From contig NZ_CP040006.1 of assembly GCF_005696695.1 (NCBI RefSeq), positions 150,001 to 182,000 on the forward strand: 32,000 nucleotides of DNA, given 5' to 3'. Below, piece after piece: positions 15,471 to 24,262 of this stretch (the first letter of the stretch is position 1; each line of letters begins with the position of its first letter). This DNA is from Schaalia odontolytica. Its GTDB lineage: Bacteria; Actinomycetota; Actinomycetes; Actinomycetales; Actinomycetaceae. The position numbers and the translations under genes were made by a program. The notes beneath the pieces were generated by a model that was not told the origin of the DNA, ran no database searches, and was given only the letters and a program-made list of their open reading frames with translations.

Positions 15471-18400
15471 ATGGCAACGAGTCGAGCGCGCGCAGGCCAC
15501 GCGCGGACCAAGCGAGCAGGAGTCGCGTCCCGCGCCCTGGCCGCCCTGGCCGTCGTGGCAACCGCCACCGGTACGCTGGTCGTCTCCCAGGTCGCCACCC
15601 CCCAGGCGGCTCAGGCCGCCCAGGAGCCTGCCGCCACCGGAATTGAAGTTGGCCCCGTTCGCGCCAACATGGGAACGGGCTTCGTCAACGCGTCTGCGAC
15701 GGACACGACCACCAGCCTTCCCGACAACTTCATCCGCTACGGCATCGTCAAGGCCATGAGCGACAAGCCTGCTGACAGGATCAGGACGGGCACTGCCCCG
15801 ATGACGACGTTCCTTGGCGGCGAGTACGCGAAGAATAATGATGCCTGGACCTACATCGCCCGCGGCTGGCCCTGGAAGTGGGATGAGAACCCTGCGAAGG
15901 CGGACGATAGTCAAAAGTGGATGCAGGCCCACTATGAACAGTGGAAGAATGGTGGCGACGGCACGATCTGGGTGAATGGCCAGTCCGCTATCGGCTTTAA
16001 GCCGAACGACCCGGGCACCGTCCAGCCGGGTCAGACCTTCCTGCTCGGCGCCATCCGTCATAACAACCTGCCGATCCGTGGCGGCGCAAATGTCAAGCAG
16101 TTCCTGCACTCGAGCCTGAATCTCACGCTCCCGGACCTGGTCGGCAGCACGCCTGAGAACTTCCCCTTCGTCAACCAGGAGACGTCCAACACCCTGGCGA
16201 CGACGATCATCTACCGCAAGGGCGGCGCCTACGTGAAGACGGCCGGCGAGCCTGGCACGGGCACCTGCTCCTCCGACTTTGGGCTCAACGGTTGGCCCGC
16301 GACCCAGCAGATCGAGGGTAAGTGGCCCCGCGACTGGCTCCTTGCAGGTGGCAAGTACGGTACCCCCGGTTACACGCCCTCCGGTTCCTTCATTGGTCCC
16401 GCCTACGAGCCGGACCCGGTCGACGCGAGCGATCGCTCGAAGGGTTACGTCAACAAGCCCGAGACCCAGTCCGGACGTATGTACTGCGTCAAGTACGTGG
16501 GCGAGGGCAACGGCGAGTACGACCTCTACAGCCAGTACTACAACAAGGGTGCCGAGCAACCCGCCAGCACTCTGGGTACCAATCATCCCGAGGTTCTGCC
16601 GCGTGAGTGGCCGGGCGCCAAGGGTAACGTCAACGAGAACCCCTACGTGTGGGATAACGTGAAGCTGACGAAGACGACGTCGGACCAGACCTTCACGAAG
16701 AACGGTCGTACCTACCGCCTGCAGCTGTGGGGCTTCGTTCCCGCGGACAACCCCAGGACGCTGATCACCCCGGAGAATATTCAGAGTATTCCGACGGCTC
16801 AGTGCCCGGCGACCCCCGCTCCGGATGCCAAGCGCACCGACACCTTCATTACGCAGGAGCTCTCGGTCAACTACGGCTGCCTCTACGGCGTCATCACCGA
16901 GGAGCGCTCCGTGCGCATCGCGAAGGCCGTTGAGGATCCGGCGGGCGCCAACCCGACCATCCCCGCCGCCAACTTCTCGGTGGAGACCGGCGCGACCTGG
17001 CACGATAACACCGACCGTACCCCGGCGACCACCGGCACGGTGACCGTTTCGAAGCCCACGGCATCCTCCGCCCCCGCCAAGGCCTCGTACATCTCCGCAG
17101 CCGACCCGGCTGCGACGCTCACCCCCACCGCCTTCGGTGAGACCCAGGCGAAGTACGACTCGGTGTTCATCCCCTTCGAGGTCGGCAACTCCGACTTCAC
17201 CATCACGGAGAAGGACATCAACACCGGCGGCGAGGACAAGTGGAACCTCAAGGACATCAAGTGCGTCAACGGCATCGGTGAAGACGTCGCCGTGACCAAG
17301 ACCGAGCGCGGCGTTAGCTTCAAGAACGTCGGCGGTGCAAAGTCCGATGAGGCAGCCCCCATCACCTGTACGTTCGTCAACGAATACCAGGCTCCCAAGC
17401 TGCGCGTCGAGAAGTCCATCGAGGCGAACGGCGGCGCCAACGGCGCCACGAGCTTCAACGTGGACTACAAGATCGTCGCCACCAACGACGGCTCGCTGGC
17501 CGCCAACACCGGCAAGCTCACCGACAAGCCCGACTTCGCCAAGGGCCTGGAAATCCAGTCCGCGAAGATCGCCGAAACCCAGGCCGGCCTGGACTCCGCG
17601 TCCAACGCCACCGCCACGAACGGCGTCTACACGCTGACCGACGGCGTCGAGCTCGCTGCCGGGGCCACCAAGGAATACTGGATCCGCTTCGCGGTCGTCC
17701 GCAACACTGCGGCCGCCGGCTACAACGAGGCCGACCTGGCCTGCTCGACTCCGAGGGAGAATATCCCCGTTGCCGGCTACGGCCTCTTCAACGAGGTCCT
17801 GGCTGAGAACGGCAAGGACTGGGACGGCACGGACAACAACAAGGCCTGCGGCCCCACCGTCCCCCACGACTTCGTGGTGGTGAAGGCCGGCACGCAGAAC
17901 ACGGGTAAGACCTTCACCGACGCGGATAACCAGTACACGGGCCCCAATGGAGTCAAGCTGTACCCCCTCGCGGGCGCTGAGTTCGAGATCTACAAGTCCA
18001 ACCCCAACACGGACGCCAACGCCCAGGTCGTCAAGACCCTGACCCAGGCGACCGCGACCGACGGCTACTACTGGTCCGTCAGCGACCTGAACATCGACAC
18101 TGCCTACTGGCTGGTCGAGACCAAGGCCCCCGCCGGACACTCCCTGCTGCCCCAGCCCCTCGAGTTCAAGCTGACCACCGTCCACGCCGGCGGCTCCGGC
18201 ACGAACGTTGAGCTCGCGGCCGACCTGAAGGACCAGGCCAAGTGGGCCACGAGCGCCGTCCAGGCGTTCGCGTCGGACAGTAGCATGCCCGGCGACAAGG
18301 GCTTCCTGGCCGCCGGAACCCGCAAGGCCACCATCGTTGTCAAGGACACCGAGGTTGGCGAGCTGCCCAAGGCTGGCAGCACCGGAATCTACCCCTACAT

Positions 18401-18479
18401 CGGCGTCGCAGCGGCGCTCATGTCCGGGGCGATGGTGATGACCGTGGTCACCACCAAGAGGCGCAAGGCAATCGCCTGA
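15471..18479 (+). CDS. Large sortase-substrate surface protein, tip-fimbrillin-like adhesin (1002 aa)
   Basis: ATG at 15471 follows aaggag. A signal peptide is present (RALAALAVVATATGTLVVSQVATPQAAQA). The C-terminal region has Cna-B/pilin-like features including the E-box-like YWLVETKAPAGH. The sorting signal is LPKAGSTG plus a hydrophobic helix plus KRRK. It is the first gene of a pilin-sortase cluster. Confidence 0.85.
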   Translation: MATSRARAGHARTKRAGVASRALAALAVVATATGTLVVSQVATPQAAQAAQEPAATGIEVGPVRANMGTGFVNASATDTTTSLPDNFIRYGIVKAMSDKPADRIRTGTAPMTTFLGGEYAKNNDAWTYIARGWPWKWDENPAKADDSQKWMQAHYEQWKNGGDGTIWVNGQSAIGFKPNDPGTVQPGQTFLLGAIRHNNLPIRGGANVKQFLHSSLNLTLPDLVGSTPENFPFVNQETSNTLATTIIYRKGGAYVKTAGEPGTGTCSSDFGLNGWPATQQIEGKWPRDWLLAGGKYGTPGYTPSGSFIGPAYEPDPVDASDRSKGYVNKPETQSGRMYCVKYVGEGNGEYDLYSQYYNKGAEQPASTLGTNHPEVLPREWPGAKGNVNENPYVWDNVKLTKTTSDQTFTKNGRTYRLQLWGFVPADNPRTLITPENIQSIPTAQCPATPAPDAKRTDTFITQELSVNYGCLYGVITEERSVRIAKAVEDPAGANPTIPAANFSVETGATWHDNTDRTPATTGTVTVSKPTASSAPAKASYISAADPAATLTPTAFGETQAKYDSVFIPFEVGNSDFTITEKDINTGGEDKWNLKDIKCVNGIGEDVAVTKTERGVSFKNVGGAKSDEAAPITCTFVNEYQAPKLRVEKSIEANGGANGATSFNVDYKIVATNDGSLAANTGKLTDKPDFAKGLEIQSAKIAETQAGLDSASNATATNGVYTLTDGVELAAGATKEYWIRFAVVRNTAAAGYNEADLACSTPRENIPVAGYGLFNEVLAENGKDWDGTDNNKACGPTVPHDFVVVKAGTQNTGKTFTDADNQYTGPNGVKLYPLAGAEFEIYKSNPNTDANAQVVKTLTQATATDGYYWSVSDLNIDTAYWLVETKAPAGHSLLPQPLEFKLTTVHAGGSGTNVELAADLKDQAKWATSAVQAFASDSSMPGDKGFLAAGTRKATIVVKDTEVGELPKAGSTGIYPYIGVAAALMSGAMVMTVVTTKRRKAIA

Positions 18480-18560
18480 GCCACCCATGAGGTCCCGTGA
18501 CCACGAGACCCACCATCAGAAAAAACTCCCGAAATCACACACACAGGAGAAAGAAAACCA

Positions 18561-20171
18561 ATGAGCACCACGAAGACCCGCCGCAGCCTGAGCCTGCTCG
18601 CAGCCTTCGCCGTCGCCGCCGGCGCGCTGGCCCTGCCCGCCGCCACCTCCGCGACCCAGGCTGCCCCCGCCTTCGGCCTTGCGGCGACCGTCACGCGCGC
18701 CCCGTCGCTGGTCGACCTCGACGCCACCAAGACCGGCTCCATCACCATCCACAAGCTGGTCAAGGACGCCAACAACGGCACCACCGCTGGCAACGGCCTC
18801 GAGGACGCCACCGCGACCGGCGACCCCCTCGACGGCGCGACCTTCACCGTCGAGAAGCTGACCAACGTCGACCTCACCACGCAGGCCGGCTGGGAGAAGC
18901 TCGCTGGCTTCAACGGCAACGTTGACACCGCGAAGGCTGACGGCGTTGACGCTGCCGTCACCAAGACCACCGCCGGTGGCGGTCTGGCTAAGTTTGACAG
19001 CCTCCCCCTCGGCGCCTACGTCGTGACCGAGACCGTGACCCCCGCCGGCTACGTCGGCTCCAAACCCTTCATCATCACGGTGCCCATGACGCACCCGACC
19101 GACCTCAACAAGTGGGTCTACGACGTCCACGCCTACCCGAAGAACTCCAAGGCCGGCATCGAGAAGACCGTCGCCGACGAGAACACCCCGGCCATCGGCT
19201 CGGACATCTCCTACACCATCAAGTCGGACATCCCCGCCGCTGAGGCCCTCGACTTCTACGACGTCGTCGACCAGTACGACAAGCGTGTGGAGCTGCCCGA
19301 GGCCGGCATCACGCTGAAGATCGTCGACGGCAAGAACGGCGAGGTCGCCCTGGCCAAGGGCACCGACTACAAGCTGATCGCCGCCGATGGCACCGATGGC
19401 AAGACCAAGTTCTGGACCGCCGAGTTCACCGCTGATGGCCGCGCCAAGCTGATCGCCAACCGCAAGGACGACAACACCAAGGTCCAGATGGACCTGGCCG
19501 GCACCGTCAAGGACAAGGTTGAGGCTGACGGCCTGTTCAAGAACAAGGCCATCCTGCTCCCCAACGCTCCCTCCAATGGCTGGAAGCCCAACTCGGGTGA
19601 GGTTCCCCCGCCGGATTACCCGAACTCCGAGGTTGTCTCCAAGTTCGGCAAGGTGAAGATCACCAAGGTCTCCGCTAAGGACACCAACGCCAAGCTGAAG
19701 GGCGCCGAGTTCGAGGTCTACCAGTGCACGCCTCAGACCACCCCGACCGCGAACTTCGAGTCCGTTGACGCGACCCTCGACAAGAAGCTGTCGCCCGCCG
19801 GCACCGAGACCTACACCACCGACGCCAACGGTGAGGTCACCATCGACGGCCTGCGCAACAACGACTGGGCGAACAACGCCGCCGTCGCCAACCCCGGCTA
19901 CTACTGCCTCGTTGAGACCAAGGCTCCCGAGGGCTTCGAGCTCCAGACCCGCCCGATCGCCTTCCAGATCCTGCAGTCCAACTCCAAGGCTGACAACGAG
20001 TACACCCTCAACACCACGGTGAAGGACGTCCCGAAGAACGGTGGCTTCAACCTGCCGCTGACCGGTGCTGCCGGTGTTGGCGTCCTGATCGGCGCTGGCG
20101 CCCTCCTCGTGGGCGGCTCCGGTGCGATCGCGCTGGCCAACAAGCGCCGCAAGGAGCAGGCCGACGCCTGA
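18561..20171 (+). CDS. Major (shaft) pilin, SpaA/FimA-type LPXTG fimbrial subunit (536 aa)
   Basis: SD aggaga lies upstream and a signal peptide is present. Features: pilin motif WVYDVHAYPKN, E-box YCLVETKAPEGFEL, LPLTG sorting signal plus TM plus KRRKEQ tail. Confidence 0.9.
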   Translation: MSTTKTRRSLSLLAAFAVAAGALALPAATSATQAAPAFGLAATVTRAPSLVDLDATKTGSITIHKLVKDANNGTTAGNGLEDATATGDPLDGATFTVEKLTNVDLTTQAGWEKLAGFNGNVDTAKADGVDAAVTKTTAGGGLAKFDSLPLGAYVVTETVTPAGYVGSKPFIITVPMTHPTDLNKWVYDVHAYPKNSKAGIEKTVADENTPAIGSDISYTIKSDIPAAEALDFYDVVDQYDKRVELPEAGITLKIVDGKNGEVALAKGTDYKLIAADGTDGKTKFWTAEFTADGRAKLIANRKDDNTKVQMDLAGTVKDKVEADGLFKNKAILLPNAPSNGWKPNSGEVPPPDYPNSEVVSKFGKVKITKVSAKDTNAKLKGAEFEVYQCTPQTTPTANFESVDATLDKKLSPAGTETYTTDANGEVTIDGLRNNDWANNAAVANPGYYCLVETKAPEGFELQTRPIAFQILQSNSKADNEYTLNTTVKDVPKNGGFNLPLTGAAGVGVLIGAGALLVGGSGAIALANKRRKEQADA

Positions 20172-20190
20172 GCCTAGCTAGCGACACACA

Positions 20191-20222
20191 GGGGGGTGTG
20201 GACCCGCGGGTCCACACCCCCC
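20191..20222 (+). terminator. Perfect 32-nt palindrome between the pilin and sortase genes; attenuator or terminator candidate
   Basis: ggggggtgtggacccgcgggtccacacccccc, followed by ttgcgttg. Confidence 0.6.
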
Positions 20223-20289
20223 TTGCGTTGCCCGCAACCGCCCCCAGCGGTACTACCCTGTAACCAGACAAACTTCCACGGCCTCGGCA

Positions 20290-21423
20290 ATGAACGGAGA
20301 AAGCGTGAGCACCCAAGCGCCCGACAAGAAGAAGACACCCCTCAAGTGGCGTCTCCTCACCATCGCGCCCCCGATCCTGCTGCTGGCCGGCATCCTGGTC
20401 CTCCTGTACCCCGTCTTCGCGACCCAGTACAACAACGCGCGCCAGGAACGCATCGCCTCTGAATTCAGCGCCGTCGCCGAGCAGGCCGGCCCCGACGCCG
20501 TCGCCGAGTCCCTGCGCCGCGCCGACGAATACAACCTCAAGGCCTCCGAGTCGCCGATCCTCGACCCCTGGCTGGACGCCCAGCGCCCCGGCACTGCGCA
20601 GTACCAGGACTACCTGAGCCAGCTCAACCTCAACGACGTCATGGCGACCATCAAGATCCCCTCGATCGACGTCAACCTGCCGATCTACCACGGCACCGAC
20701 ACCGCGACGCTCGACAAGGGCATCGGCCACCTCTTCGGCACCGCCCTGCCCGTCGGCGGCGAATCCACGCACACGGTCCTCACCGGCCACACCGGCCTGG
20801 GCAACGCCACCATGTTCGACCAGCTGACCAGCGTCAAGATGGGCGACTACTTCTACATCGAGACCGCCGGGCGCCACCTCAAGTACCAGGTCACCGACAT
20901 CCGCGTCGTCCTGCCCCACGAGACCGAGTCCCTCAACAAGGTCGAAGGCAAGGACCTCGCCACCCTCATCACCTGTACCCCCTACGGAGTCAACACGCAC
21001 CGCCTCCTCGTGACCGGCGAGCGCGTCCCCATGGACGAGGAGGCCGTGGCCGCCGAAGCCGCGCAGGTCAAGGGCTCCGTCATGAAGCCGTGGATGATCG
21101 CCGTCCTCGCGTCCGTCGCCGTCATCCTGCTCGTTGCCGGCATCCTCTGGCTGCGCTCCCGCAAGCGCAACGACGAGGAGCCGCAGGAGATTGAGGGCGC
21201 CGCCGCTGCTGCGCTCGCCTCCGCCGAGGCCGGGGACGAGGCCGGGGCTGAGTCCGCCGAGGCCGCTGAGTCCGCCGAGGCCGCTGAGTCCGTCGCCGAC
21301 GCCCCCGACGCGCCCGCCGCCCCCGACCTGCTGACGGACGCCGAGCAGATCTCCGAGGAGGAGATCAACGCCGGCCGCACCGCCGCCCTGAGGAAGATGC
21401 TTGAGGAACGCGGCAAGCAGTAA
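20290..21423 (+). CDS. Class C (pilus-specific) sortase with an extended acidic C-terminal tail
   Basis: Features: N-terminal TM, lid-like ILDPWLDA, HTVLTGHTGL (His), TLITCTPYGVNTHRLLV (TLxTC Cys, Arg), C-terminal TM PWMIAVLASVAVILLVAGILWL, then a tail of about 90 aa. An alternative start is GTG at 20305, which has ggaga 5 nt upstream. Confidence 0.9.
   Translation: MNGESVSTQAPDKKKTPLKWRLLTIAPPILLLAGILVLLYPVFATQYNNARQERIASEFSAVAEQAGPDAVAESLRRADEYNLKASESPILDPWLDAQRPGTAQYQDYLSQLNLNDVMATIKIPSIDVNLPIYHGTDTATLDKGIGHLFGTALPVGGESTHTVLTGHTGLGNATMFDQLTSVKMGDYFYIETAGRHLKYQVTDIRVVLPHETESLNKVEGKDLATLITCTPYGVNTHRLLVTGERVPMDEEAVAAEAAQVKGSVMKPWMIAVLASVAVILLVAGILWLRSRKRNDEEPQEIEGAAAAALASAEAGDEAGAESAEAAESAEAAESVADAPDAPAAPDLLTDAEQISEEEINAGRTAALRKMLEERGKQ
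21247..21300 (+). repeat. In-frame 18-bp tandem repeat x3 in the sortase tail, encoding AESAEA
   Basis: gctgagtccgccgaggcc occurs twice identically (21247-21264 and 21265-21282). A third, degenerate unit is gctgagtccgtcgccgac. Confidence 0.9.
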
Positions 21424-21458
21424 GCAACCCTTTCACGTGCCCCCGTGGGGCACCTGAG

Positions 21459-21512
21459 ACGCGGAAACGCGCGGACGAGCGAGTAAGCTCACCCGCGCGT
21501 TTCCGCGTATTT
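21459..21512 (+). terminator. Strong hairpin after the sortase gene
   Basis: acgcggaaacgcgcgg (21459-21474) pairs perfectly with ccgcgcgtttccgcgt (21493-21508), followed by aTTTa. A smaller hairpin, gtgcccc/ggggcac, lies at about 21436-21452. Confidence 0.7.
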
Positions 21513-21555
21513 ACGCTAGAGTCAGTGAGTAACTGTCAAACGACCTGGAGGGTAC

Positions 21556-24153
21556 GTGGAGCACCACCCCAGCGGCGCACGCTCCCGCCGCGCCACGCAC
21601 GCGAGGGCCAAGTCCCGGCCTCGCGGCACCGTCGCGCGTGCCCTCGCCGCCCTCCTCGTCGCGGGCGCAGCCCTCCCCGGCCTCGTCGCCCCCGAACGCG
21701 CGGACGCCGACGCCACGCTGGAGCCCCCCGGCGGCGGCACCGTCCCCGTCACCTCGTCCACAGGCCGCCTCGGCGCGACCACCATCAACGGCTCGGCCAC
21801 GGACCGCACGACCAACGTTCCCGACAATGCCTACGTCGGAACCGTGCGCGGCGCGGGCCCCTTTGATGCGGCCGACCCCGCCCAGTCCTCGGCCCCCCTC
21901 CAGGCCGGGACCGCCCAGCCAATGCTGGACGCCGCCGTCGCGTCGGGGGACTACTGGACCTACATCGCGCGCGGCCTGCCCGCCGCCAACCCCGTCGCCA
22001 CCGGCGTCATCTCGCCGCAGAACACCAACGCCCTGGGCTACAAGCCCAACAACCCGGGCGACGTTCCCATCGGCAAGCCCTTCCTCCTGGGCACCGTGCG
22101 ACACAACAACTTCCAGGTGCACTCGGCCAGCCGGTGGGTCCACTCGTCGATCGACGTCAACATCGGCGGCATCGAGGACTCCTTTCCCTTCGACCAGGAG
22201 GAGACCGAGGACGACACCGACACCACCGCCGCCCTGAGCGACGAGGGCGCCTACATGCTCGCCTCGCGCGCCAACGGACCGAACTCCTGCCCCGCGAACG
22301 CGCCCTACGCCGCCCTCAACCGCGACGCCGGATCGGGCGTCTGGTACTGCTACCGTCACGTCGGCAAGGGCCGAGGCAACCGCGACATCTACACGAACAA
22401 CCCGGCTGCGTACCCCGACGCCGCGGGTACGCCCGACCAGAGCCCCAACTCCGACGACGTGCTGACGATCTCGCGGACCACCTCGAACAAGACCGTCATG
22501 ATCGACGGAATCCCGTACCGCCTCGTCATCGCCGGCTTCACCCCCAGCGGCGACGGCACCTGCCCGGACACGCCGCCCGAGGGCGTCACCCCCGTATCCA
22601 CCTTCAGCTCGAAGGAAAACAAGACCTCGTATGGGTGCCTGTACGCCACCTTCAGCCAGGAGCGCTACATCCGCATCGCCAAGACCGTGACCCCTGAATC
22701 CGAGGCGATCGGCGGCAAGATCCCCTCCTTCAACTTCACGACGCTGGGTATCGGTGATTTCGTCTCGCCCACGGGCGAGCCCCTCAAGACCGCCGAGAAC
22801 GCTGGCGGCTTCGTCGACTGGTCCTCCTTCGAGGACAGTCCCCTGACCCCCACGGGCTACGGCAAGGACGGCACGGTGACGTCGGGGTACCAGGCCTTCA
22901 TCCCCGGCTACTCCCAGTTCGTCATCGCCGAGACCGGTCCGCGCATCCCCGGGCGCCGCCCCCTGCGCTTCGGCGAACCCGGCTACTTTGGCCCCTGGAA
23001 GGTCTCCGACGACCCGAACTCCGCGCGCTGGGAGCTCACCGACATCAACTGCGTCAACGGCATCGGCGAGGCCGTCAACGTCACCCGCGACCCCATGACC
23101 GGCGGCATCGACTTCTCCGACGTGCCCCCGGCCAAGACCGCGGCCGCCGTGCCCATCACCTGCAACTTCACGATCCAGCAGCAGGCCCCCAAGCTGCGCA
23201 TCGACAAGACCGTCGAAAGCGTCGAGGGCGCCTCGGGCGACACGATCACCGTCACCTACCGCGTGACCGCCACGAACGACGGCACGATCGCGGGCACGAC
23301 CGGCCGCCTCGTCGACACCCCGGCCTTCGCGCCCGGCCTCACCCTGCGCTCCGCGGCGATCGCCACCTCTCTCGATGGGCTGCGCGGCGCCCGCGAACAG
23401 AACCGCGCCGCCACCTACGTCCTCACCCAGGGCACCACCGTCGAACCCGGAAAGTCAGCGACCTGGTTCATCCGCATGAAGGCCGCCCGCGACAAGGCGG
23501 CGGCCGGATACAGCGAGGCCGCCCTCGAGTGCGTCCCCTCGAACGGGCGCCTCACCCCCAAGCGCGGCCTCTACAACTCCGTCGCCGGCCCCTACGACCA
23601 CGACGGCGCCGCCAACAACGAGGCCTGCGCGCCCGCCCGACCGCGCACCATCCGCATCGAAAAGGCCGGCACCCAGCCCGTCGGCACGGCCAACGAGGAC
23701 GGCACCTACCCGCTCGAGGGCGCCGCCTTTGCGATCTACGACAACGAGGCCCTGACCGGTACCCCCGTCTCCACCTCCGACGGCGAATCGCAGTTCGTCA
23801 CCGCGCCCCTTGAGACCGGCAAGACCTACTGGCTCGTCGAGACCCGCGCCCCCGCCGGGCACGTCCTCCTGCCCCGCGCCGTGCCCTTCCACATCGAGGT
23901 GGGCGCCGACGCCTCGGCCTCCACGGTGATCACCACCGACTTCGGCGCCGACGAGGGCTTTACCTCCGTGCGCGTCATCCCCGCCGCCTCGGGTACGGGC
24001 GCCGCCGCGCTGCCCGCCATCCGCGTCGTCGACACCCAGGTCGGCGTCCTGCCCAACTCCGGCTCCGCGGGCATCTACCCCCACCTCGGCCTCGGCGCCG
24101 CCCTCCTCGGCCTCGCCGGCGTGTGCGCGTGGGTGCGCCGCCGCTCCGCCTAA
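21556..24153 (+). CDS. Second large sortase-substrate surface protein, paralog of the 15471 adhesin (865 aa)
   Basis: GTG start follows ggaggg. A signal peptide is present (ALAALLVAGAALPGLVAPERADA). Motifs shared with the first adhesin include WTYIARGLP, FLLGTVRHNN, YGCLY...ERYIRIAK, INCVNGIGE...PITCNF, QAPKLRIDK and YWLVETRAPAGH. The sorting signal is LPNSGSAG plus TM plus RRRS. Confidence 0.85.
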   Translation: MEHHPSGARSRRATHARAKSRPRGTVARALAALLVAGAALPGLVAPERADADATLEPPGGGTVPVTSSTGRLGATTINGSATDRTTNVPDNAYVGTVRGAGPFDAADPAQSSAPLQAGTAQPMLDAAVASGDYWTYIARGLPAANPVATGVISPQNTNALGYKPNNPGDVPIGKPFLLGTVRHNNFQVHSASRWVHSSIDVNIGGIEDSFPFDQEETEDDTDTTAALSDEGAYMLASRANGPNSCPANAPYAALNRDAGSGVWYCYRHVGKGRGNRDIYTNNPAAYPDAAGTPDQSPNSDDVLTISRTTSNKTVMIDGIPYRLVIAGFTPSGDGTCPDTPPEGVTPVSTFSSKENKTSYGCLYATFSQERYIRIAKTVTPESEAIGGKIPSFNFTTLGIGDFVSPTGEPLKTAENAGGFVDWSSFEDSPLTPTGYGKDGTVTSGYQAFIPGYSQFVIAETGPRIPGRRPLRFGEPGYFGPWKVSDDPNSARWELTDINCVNGIGEAVNVTRDPMTGGIDFSDVPPAKTAAAVPITCNFTIQQQAPKLRIDKTVESVEGASGDTITVTYRVTATNDGTIAGTTGRLVDTPAFAPGLTLRSAAIATSLDGLRGAREQNRAATYVLTQGTTVEPGKSATWFIRMKAARDKAAAGYSEAALECVPSNGRLTPKRGLYNSVAGPYDHDGAANNEACAPARPRTIRIEKAGTQPVGTANEDGTYPLEGAAFAIYDNEALTGTPVSTSDGESQFVTAPLETGKTYWLVETRAPAGHVLLPRAVPFHIEVGADASASTVITTDFGADEGFTSVRVIPAASGTGAAALPAIRVVDTQVGVLPNSGSAGIYPHLGLGAALLGLAGVCAWVRRRSA

Positions 24154-24262
24154 CCGGTACGAGGCCGGGGCTCGGTCCCGCTTCGCGTCCCCTGTGGCGC
24201 GCGCCCCGCTGTGCCGCCACCGCGCGAGGCGAGCGCGACCGCGGCGGGCCTCGTCCCCTACG

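Noticed and set aside
15468-18488. 1006-aa minus-strand ORF antisense to the first adhesin. Similar long antisense or off-frame ORFs occur at 5925-7445, 9098-10444, 9775-10929, 20047-21000, 21511-22359, 23455-24976, 27040-28101 and 30460-31683.
   Set aside because: All are mirror or shifted frames of confidently identified genes. They have the R/G/A/V/D/H-biased composition expected from GC-rich non-coding frames and no motifs.
21556-24153. Interpreting the fourth pilus gene as a small base/minor pilin of the SpaB type
   Set aside because: It is 865 aa and shares the full domain plan of the first adhesin, including the N-terminal module. It is therefore a second tip-like adhesin rather than a short base pilin.
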